Assembly (NCBI GenBank): GCA_963976765.1 | Contig: CAXBME010000003.1 | Location: forward strand, 434,001-476,852 | DNA: 42,852 nucleotides | Source: an uncultured Planctomycetaceae bacterium | GTDB taxonomy: Bacteria; Planctomycetota; Planctomycetia; Planctomycetales; Planctomycetaceae | Direction of reading: 5' to 3' | Shown: in pieces, positions 31,576 through 40,600 of the stretch | Position numbering within the stretch: the first letter of the stretch is position 1 | Layout of the letters: each line of letters opens with the position of its first letter | Position numbers and translations under genes: made by a program | The notes under the pieces: generated by a model | Databases searched by the model: none | Seen by the model: the letters and a program-made list of their open reading frames with translations, nothing else | What the model was told of the DNA's origin: nothing

Positions 31576-31619
31576 GTAAAACGACCGGACCGGCACACTT
31601 TCTGTATGCCAGTCCGGTC
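31576..31619 (-). terminator. Probable intrinsic terminator / stem-loop after the giant protein gene
   Basis: GACCGGACCGGCACAC and GTATGCCAGTCCGGTC form a 16-bp inverted repeat; both DNA mismatches become G-U pairs in the minus-strand RNA. Followed by GTTTTAC on the minus strand. Confidence 0.6.
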
Positions 31620-31664
31620 AGGTGAATGCTGAGATTAAAACATTGGATGTCGTCAGTCCGTACA

Positions 31665-34600
31665 TCAGCTTCCGCTGCCGAGCAGCTGGTTCAGCGCCAG
31701 TTCAAATGCTGTCAAGTCGGTCAAGTCCTGGTCTCCTGAAGTAGCTTGAACCGAGATGGCGAAGTCGCCTGCGTCGCTGCTGGACGGGTTGACGCTGATA
31801 ACTCCCGCCCCGTTACCGTGGTCCATGAAAGTAGCGAAGCTCGGCAGGCCGAGTACTTGCAGTACGATGGCGTCACCGTTCTCGTCGAAGGCTGACACCG
31901 GAATGCTCAGTGAACCGTTTTCACTCACCGACTGATTCGGGATTGCGGACAACGTCGGGCCGACATCCGGGATCATGGTTCGGTTGATGATTTCAATGGC
32001 CATGATGTTGGGATTTTCGACCTCGTGAGCGAAGGCGATGTTGAGTGTTTCTCCATTGGTCGAAACGTTGAAGCGGCGGGCGATGGCTTTGTTGGCGGCT
32101 CCGGCTGCGGCAAAGACGTCGAAGTTTTCCAGCATGGTTTCGCCGTTGATGGCGACGTCGAAGACTCGACCGCCGACGCGTGAGGTTGGGCCGTAGATTT
32201 CGGCGAAGTACAGAATGACTTCGAACTCGCCCGGCCCGGTGGGGATGTTGTAGTTGAGTTCCGGGCCGCCAGCTCCGTCCCAGCGAGTTGTTCGGAAGAG
32301 AGCCGCTGGCGTATTCTCGGGAAGCGACGGATCGCTCAGGTCGATGGTTGCGCTGGTCGAGTAAAGGTTGCCGGTGTTGGCAAAGCTGTCCGCGCTGAAG
32401 TTTCGATTCTCCGCGCCGGCCCCCGCAGGAGCAGCCACCGCTCCGCCGCCAGCGTTGATGCGGAAGATGGATGTTGCCTGATCGGTGAACTCGGTCTCAA
32501 CGACGGTCAGATTGAAGGTTTCCATCACCGAGCCGCTGGAATCCGTTGCAGTAATTTCGATGGTCGAAGTGCTGTCGACATCAGCGGCGGTCGGATCAAA
32601 CACGAGTCGTGCGGTGCCGTCGCCGTTGTCGATGAAAGAAGCGAATGCCGGCAGGCCGCTGACCGAGAACATCACCGGAATATCGTCGGAACTGGCCGCT
32701 GCCACCATGAGATCGACCGGACCGGTATCTGCAGCGATGGTTTGATCGGCAACCGGAGCAAGGCTCAGAACGGGATCAGGAATCACCACGCCGTCGATCG
32801 TGGCCGTGGCTGAAGCAACCGTCACGGTCAACGGTCCGCTTTCCGAGAACGCTCCGGCGATTGCCAGATCAAACGTCTCCGGCGGCTCGGTCAGCAGGTC
32901 GAGCAGCGTGCGGATGGAAACTTCCTTCGACGTCTCGCCCGGCTGAAATGGAACGACGGCGGTGAGGCCTGCGCCGCTGTTCTGCACAACGATTGGTGCG
33001 AAGTCTCCGTCGGCGAGCGTTGCGTCACCATCAACCAGTTCAATTCCAACGCCGATCTGCTCGTTAAATGGACTGCTCAGCGTGACCGTGAAGACGGCGT
33101 CATCACCTTCGTTGACCAAACCTGTCGGACCGCTGATACTGACGGTCGGGGCTGTTGAACTCGGAGTGCCGCTGGTGATCGCCGGGCCGATTCCGCCTCG
33201 AAGTTGACTGTCACCGTCAGACACCGGCGCGGTCACACTGAGTCTGAACGACGTGCCGTCGGTCAGTGGTTGCGAACCAGACGACGACTGCATGGTGACG
33301 AGGTATTCGCCGACGTCAGCAGCGTCCGGGGCTACCATGAATGATCCGGTGCCGTTTCCGTTATCAGTAAACGAAGCAAAGTCCGGCAGCCCGCTGGCAG
33401 ACAGCGTGATCGCATCGCCGTCAGCATCAGACGCCGAAACATTGATCGTTGTTGAATTTCCTGCGATGACGCTCTGATCAGAAACAGAGTCGATCTGCGG
33501 CCCCGTATTCACCGCCGCGCGGGTACCGACAATTTCGATCGCCATGACGTCTGGATTTTCGACAACGTGCCCGAAGTCGATGTCCAGTGAACCATCGGAA
33601 GTGACGATAAATTCGCGAGCGATCGCCTTGTTGCCGGCTCCCGCCGCAACGAAGACGTCAAAGTCGTCAAGTACCAGACCGCCTTCGATGCTGACATCAA
33701 ACACACGCCCGCCGACTCGTGCTGCCGGACCGTAGATCTCAGCAAAGTACAGCCGCACGAGATACTCGCCCGGATCGACCGGCACGCTGTAACGCAGTTC
33801 CGAACCGCCCGCACCGTCCCAGCGGGTCGTGCAGAAGATTGCCGCCGGAGTGCCCATCGGTAACGACGGATCGCTAACGTCGATCGCTGCACTGGTCGAG
33901 AAAGTGCTACCCGTATTGAAGAATCGATCGGAGACGAACGCTCCACCCGGAGCGGCCACCGTGCCACCTGCCGAGTTAATGCGAATCGCCTCAGTGGTCT
34001 CGATCACATCTGCCGCGACTACGTTAAGTGTGAACGTTTCGGTTGTGCTGCCATTGGAATCCGTTGCCGTGACAGTCAAGTCAACCATTCCGAGATCCGA
34101 CTCGCTGGCATTGAACGTAAACGTTCCCGTCCCGTCGCCGTGATCGTTGAACATCACGAAGTCGGGCACTGCAACCGGTGTCGACGTTCCACTGTCAAAC
34201 GCCTCGATCGTCAACGTCGCCGGAGTCGCATTCGATGTCACACTTGCCACGGTCAGATCCACCGGACCAGCATCGACCGCGATGGTCTGATCATCAATCG
34301 GAGCAATCGTCAGATCCACACCATCAATCGTCGCCGTCGCCACTTTACCGCCGTCTTCCACTTCCGCCCCGGCCACTCCTGCAATGCTCAGAGAGAACGT
34401 TTCGTCCGGCTCGATCACTCCATCCTGATTCGTCGACACGGTGACGGTTTTCGATATTTCTCCCGGCTCAAATGTGATTGCGACCAATGCCCCTGGAATC
34501 GACACCGCACCAAAGTCGCCCGTCGTCCCGTTCCCAGCCAGCGTCGCCGTTCCATCCATCAAAGCCAGCGCGACAGAAACATCCACATCGGAAGCCTCGC

Positions 34601-37600
34601 TTAACGTCACCGTAAACACCGCGTCAGCGCCCTCAACAACAGCGTCGACAGGACCATCGATTCGAACGGTCACAGGCGATGCCATCTGCACATCGATCGA
34701 GAACTGAGTGGCGGCGGTGTTTGCATTGCCTGCGGCGTCGGTCACGACTGAGCCTGCCACGTCGACGATGACTTCGCCATCTGCAGCGGCGTTGATGGTG
34801 ACAGTGAAACTGCCGCCACCGTTGTCGATGACGGCTCCCAGCACCGAACCATTGCCGACGGAAATGTCGCCTGCATCAAAACCGGTGACCGATTCGCCGA
34901 AGTCAATCGTCACTTCGAAACTGGTATTCGCCGTCGGACTGGACTCGGTCGAAGTGATTGCTGGAGTCGGTGCCGTCCGATCGCTGGTAACCGAAGCGGT
35001 GGCTGATCCACTGTTGTTTAAAGCGGCATCAACGGCGGCAGCATTCGCCACGCTGACTGAAACAACTCCGTCAGCAACCGGCAATACCACCAGCGTGTAG
35101 GTGTCGGCATCAACCGAGGTAAACGCTCCGGCCGAACCGTTGGTCAGTCCGACGTCGCTGGCATCAAATCCGGTCACTGCTTCGTTGAACTGGAACGTGA
35201 ACGTCGTTGTCGCGGCATTTGTCAGCGATGCGTCCGGAGTGATCGACAGCGTCGGACCGGTCGTATCGACCGTCCAGTCCCGCACAGCGTCGGCTCCCAG
35301 TGTGTTGGAAGCCACGTCGACGATTCCCGAACCGCTGGCAGTCAGGGTGAGCCGATAGTCGCCTTCGGTACCGGTCAGGCCCGACAGGCCGCTCAGCGTG
35401 AACGTGATATTGTCACTCGTGGTGAGCGACTCTCCGCCGGTCAACAGGTTGGCTCCCGGCCCTGATCCCGTGTCGCGTGTCAGCGTCAGATCATGGATGT
35501 CGAACCCAGTGACTGCTTCGTTGAATTCGATCGTCAACGACGTGACGGAAGTGCTGCGCGGATTTGGAGTCACCAGCGAAATCACCGCTCCTGGTGCGGT
35601 GCTGTCGAGTGTCCAGGTTTCGCTATCGTCGGTCAGCAATGTGTTGGCGGCGCCGTCATGAATGTTCGAACCCGCCGCCGTCAGAGTGAGCGTGTAAACG
35701 CCCTGCTCGTTAGTCAACGGGCCGAGATCACCAAGCGTGAACATTGTACTGTCACCCCTCGTCAGTGTTTCGGTACCGGTCAACAGGTTGCTGCCTGGTC
35801 CTGAACCTGTGTCTCGAGTGAGCGTCAGGTCGTCGATATCAAAACCGGTCACCATCGTGCTGAAGACAATTTCGACCGAACTGACAGCCGAGTTGCGCGG
35901 ATCGGGAGCAACGTCTGTAATCGTCACGGTGGGAGCCGTTGTGTCGACTGTCCAGGATTCAGTCGCGTCTCCGCCGAGTCCATTGGACGCAGTATCCGAG
36001 ATGCCGGAAGCCGCTGCCGTCAGCGTCAGGATATAGTCACCCGCCGTGTCGGTCAGCGACGTCAACCCGCCGAGTGTGAATGTGATGTTGTCACTTGTGG
36101 TGAGCGATTCGCTGGTCAGCAGATTGCCGCCGCCGTCACGAGTCAGGCTGAGGTCGCCGATATCGAAACCACCAATCACTTCGCTGAACACGATTTCAAT
36201 CGAGCTGATGGCTGAGTTCCTGGGGTCGGGAGTCACCTCGGTAATAGTGACCGTCGGAACCGTCGTATCGACCGTGAACGTGTCGCTGGCGTTCCCGGCC
36301 AGCGCGTTTGTGGCAGCGTCGGTAATTCCGGATCCGTTGGCGTTCAGAGTGACCTCGTAATCGCCGTCGGCTCCGGTCAAGCCTGCCAGCCCACTTAACG
36401 TGTAGGTGATGTTGTCACTCGTGGTGATCGATTCGCCGCCGGTCAGCAGGTTGGTACCTGGCCCTGATCCTGTGTCGCGAGTCAACGTCAGGTCGCCGAT
36501 GTCGACGCCGCTGACTTCTTCGTCGAAGACGATGGTCACTGAGCTGCCGGCAGAATTCCTCGGATCGGGAGTGACTTCCATGATCGTCGCTGTGGGAGCG
36601 GTCATGTCGACAGTGAACGAGTCGCTCGCGCCATCGCTCAGGGGGTTTGTTGCCGTATCGACTATGCCCGATCCGCTGGCGTTCAAAGTGACCTCGTAGT
36701 CGCCATCGGCTCCGGTCAGGCCAGCCAGCCCGCTTAACGTGTAAGTGATGTTGTCACTGGTGGCGATTGACTCGCCGCCAGTCAGTAGATTGGCTCCCGG
36801 CCCTGATCCCGTGTCACGGGTAAGCAGAAAGTCGCCGATGTCGATGCCGCTGACCGCTTCGCTGAACACGATTGTTACCGAAGCGACTGCCGAGTTCCGT
36901 GGGTCCGGAGTGACTTCCGTTATCGTCGCCGTGGGAGCGATCGTGTCGACGGTGAACGAGTCGCTCGCGTCGCCAGCCAGCATATTGGTCGCGCTGTCCT
37001 GAATACCTGAACCACTGGCAGTCAGGGTGATCGTGTAGGTGCCTTCGGCTCCCGTCAGGCCAGAGACATCGCTGAGGCTGTACGTGGTGTTATCACTGGT
37101 TGAAAGTGACTCTGATCCCGTTAATAAATTACCGCCTGGCCCTGATCCCGTGTCACGAGTGAGCACCAGGTCGCCAACGTCGAAGCCGGACACTGCCGTA
37201 CTGAAGACCATTTCGATCGAACCGACCGCTGTGTTGCGGGGATCAGGTGTGACTTCGGTAATTGTCGCCGTCACTGCCGTCGTGTTCGTTGTCCAGACTT
37301 CGGTCGCGTCACCAGCCAGAGAGTTCGATGCACTATCCTGAATGCCCGCTGCTGAAGCTGTCAGTCTCAGCGTGTACGTGCCCTGCGGACCCGTGATAGC
37401 CGTCAGATTGCCAAGCGTAAACGTGAGCCCGCCATCGCTGGATGACAGCGTCTGCGACCCGGTCAGCAGATTGCTGCCTGGCCCCGATCCGGTGTCACGT
37501 GTCAGACTCAAATCAGCCAGATCGAATCCGCTGACTGCTTCGTCGAAGACGATTTCGATCGCCCCAACCGGCGAGTTCCTCGGGTCGGGATCCACATCCG

Positions 37601-40600
37601 AAATGTCGACCGTCGGAGCTGTCACATCGGCCAACCACTCCTCTGTCGCTCCTGCTGCCAGAGCGTTGCCGGCTGCGTCCTGGATTCCCGACGCAGCGTC
37701 GGTCAGTGTCAAAACATAGTCGCCGTCATTGCCAGTCAGGCCGGAGAGATTACCCAGCGTAAACGTGACGCCACCGTCACCGCTGGAAAGCGTTTGAGAC
37801 CCGGTCAGCAGGTTGCCGCCTCCATCTCGCGCCAGCGTCAGGTCAGCGAGATCAAAACCGGTTACCGCTTCGCTGAAGACAATTTCGATGGAGTTCACAG
37901 CGGAATTGATCGGATCAGGAGTGACGGCTGTAATGCTGACCGTCGGAGCAATCTCGTCGACGTCCGTCACACGCACGGTGATATCCTGCGTCGTCACGCC
38001 GCCGTTGCCATCGTCAGCGGTGACCTGTACTTCGTAGAAGTTGTTCATGCCGTCATCGGTCGGGTTCTCGAAGTCCGGCGCCGCGTCAAACGACAGATCG
38101 CCACCACTGCTGATCGAAAACTCTCCGGCATCGACACCGCCGCTGATCGAGTACGTGACCGTCTGCGCCGGCACGTCGGCATCGGTCGCCACCACCGTTA
38201 AGACGAATGTCTGATTCTCTGGCACTTCCGGAGTCGCCGTTGATGTGAAGACCGGAGCGACATCGTCATCAACAATCGTCGTCGATACCTGCTGCGTGCC
38301 ATCTTCCAGACCGTTTGTCACGCCGATGATGTCGACAAAGGCGTTTTCGTTCGCTTCGAGCAGTCCATCTGAAACCGCCGTCAGGTCAATCGAAGCACTG
38401 GAACTCCCCGCGTTAATGACAATCGACTGGCTGTCGACCGTGAAGTCATCAGTCAGCGTCGCCGAACCAGTAAACCCGAGCTGCACGGTCACATCAATAT
38501 CCGTCGTCTGAGAAAGCGTCGCCGTGAGGGTCGCTCGCCCAGTCGTGGCTCCACCGCCCTCGGCAATCGAGGCTTCGTCTATCGACAGCGTTACCGTGGG
38601 CAGCACCCGCGACCAGGCAGCCGTCGCATCGCCTGCCAGGACATTCCCTGCCGCATCCACAATCGCGCTGCCTGACGCCGTCAAAGTCAGCAGATAACTG
38701 CCTGCAGACGAGGTCAGTTCGCCGAGATTTCCCAGCGTGAACGTGACATTGTCGCTGGTCGTCAGTGCCTGCGAACCAGTCAGCAACTCTGCCCCACCAT
38801 CACGAGTCAGCGACAGATCTTCAATTCCAAACCCACTCACCGCTTCACTGAATACAATCGTGACCGATTCTACTGTCGTTGTCCGAGGATCAGGCGTGAC
38901 ATGAGCAATATCTACAGTCGGTGCCGTCTGGTCACTATCGATGCTGAACTGCGTCGCAATCAATGTAGCGTTCCCGCCACTGTCCAACGCGGCTGCGGCG
39001 GCGATGTCGACGGTAATGGTTCCGTCGCTGCCGGGAGTAATATCAAAGGAGTAACTTGCGGCGTCTCCCGAGAAGTTAGTGACCGCTCCGCCGCTGACGT
39101 TCAGGTCACTCTGATCAAAACCGGTGACCGATTCGCCAAACGTCACCGTGATTGGAATCGTCACCGCGTTGCTCGGACTGGTTTCCGTTGACGCGATCAT
39201 CGGAGTCGCTGCTGTTGTGTCGACTGTCACGCTGACTTGCGTGGCGGCGGTGTTGGAGTTCCCGGCTGCGTCAGTCGCGACCGAACCAGCGACATCGATC
39301 GTCACCGCTCCGTCGGATGTAGCGTCGATCGTCGCTGTAAAGTTGCCGCTTCCGTTGTCGACAAGGTTTGTCACCGAGCCGTTACCGACGGTAATGTCGC
39401 CACTGACGAAGCCAATGACGGTCTCGCCAAAGTCGATCGTCACATTGAACGGATCGTCTCCGGTCGGAGAGCCCGGCCCATTGATCGACGGTGTTGGTGC
39501 GGTGTTGTCGAGCGTGTAGGTCTCATCAGTTGCCGGTTCGATGGACGGTAGGGCGTTGCCGACCTGATCTGTGATGTTCTGCGTACCGTCGAGGTCCAGT
39601 CCCAGAGTTCCGTTGAAACCGGCCAGGTCGCCACCGGAGACTGTCACATCCCACAGCAGACCCGCCCCGGTATCTGCCGTGATGACTCCGGAGACCATTG
39701 CTGTGGTTGTGCCGTTGACTACGAAATCTGCCGTGTCCACGTTGACGACCGGTTCGCTGAACGTCACACGGAAAACAAGACTGTCGGCGTTTGTTGTTTC
39801 ATCCGTCGGTGCCTGGCGAGTGAACGAGTTCAACTGTGGACTCAGGGTATCAGCCGTCAGCACGACATCGTTGCCTGTGCCTCCGAGATAGCTGAGGCGG
39901 AACGTGTTTCCGCCGGACATCACGACTGCTCCTTCAGCCAGACCGTTGAATGTGCCGGTAACCGGGTCCGTACCATCGTTGTCAATAATCGTGAAGGAAT
40001 CGCTATCCGATGGCGAGAAGCCCGTCGTGATTCCCAGTGTCGCGTCGCCGAGTGAGACCGTGCCCGTCACCTGGAGCTGGTCATAGCTGCTACCAGCCAC
40101 TGTGCCGTTGAGATCGACCAGAAAACTCGCCCCATTCTGTAAAGCGATATTCGCAGTTCTCAGCCGAGCGGTCGATCCTGTGCCGCCTGGTTCAATCACC
40201 GCTCCGCTCTGTACGATCAACGTGGTCCCGGCGATGACTTCTCCGGAGCCGCCCAACGTCGCACCGCTTGTCACGATGACGTCACTGAGAATGTTGTTCC
40301 CGGCCCCTGTGACGAACCTGCCGGAGTCCAGAGTGATCGTCCCATTTCCAGCGTTCAGATCGCCGCTGTTGACATTTGCTGAACCGTCAACGGCCAGAAA
40401 TTGATCGGCGTCACCTCCGCTGGTGTCCGTTCTCAGACTGCTCACCGACATTGGCATTGGGTTGGCTGCGGTGCCAATTCCGGTGTTGGCCGAAAGGTTG
40501 ACGGCGCCGGCGGAGATCACATTCGACGTAGCACCAGCCACGGTCGTAGTGATGGAACCCGTCGCTGCATTCAACGTGACGCTACTGGCAGAAACGGATG

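Noticed and set aside
33829..33831. The only Cys I found in the giant protein (AIFCTTRW versus ALFRTTRW in the second malectin)
   Set aside because: TGC is one transition from an Arg codon, so this may be drift or a sequencing error; no partner Cys seen.
35268..37958. Tandem repeats as a CRISPR array or DGR template/variable repeats
   Set aside because: Units are ~336-bp in-frame coding repeats with mostly synonymous-type divergence; there are no unique spacers, cas genes or reverse transcriptase.
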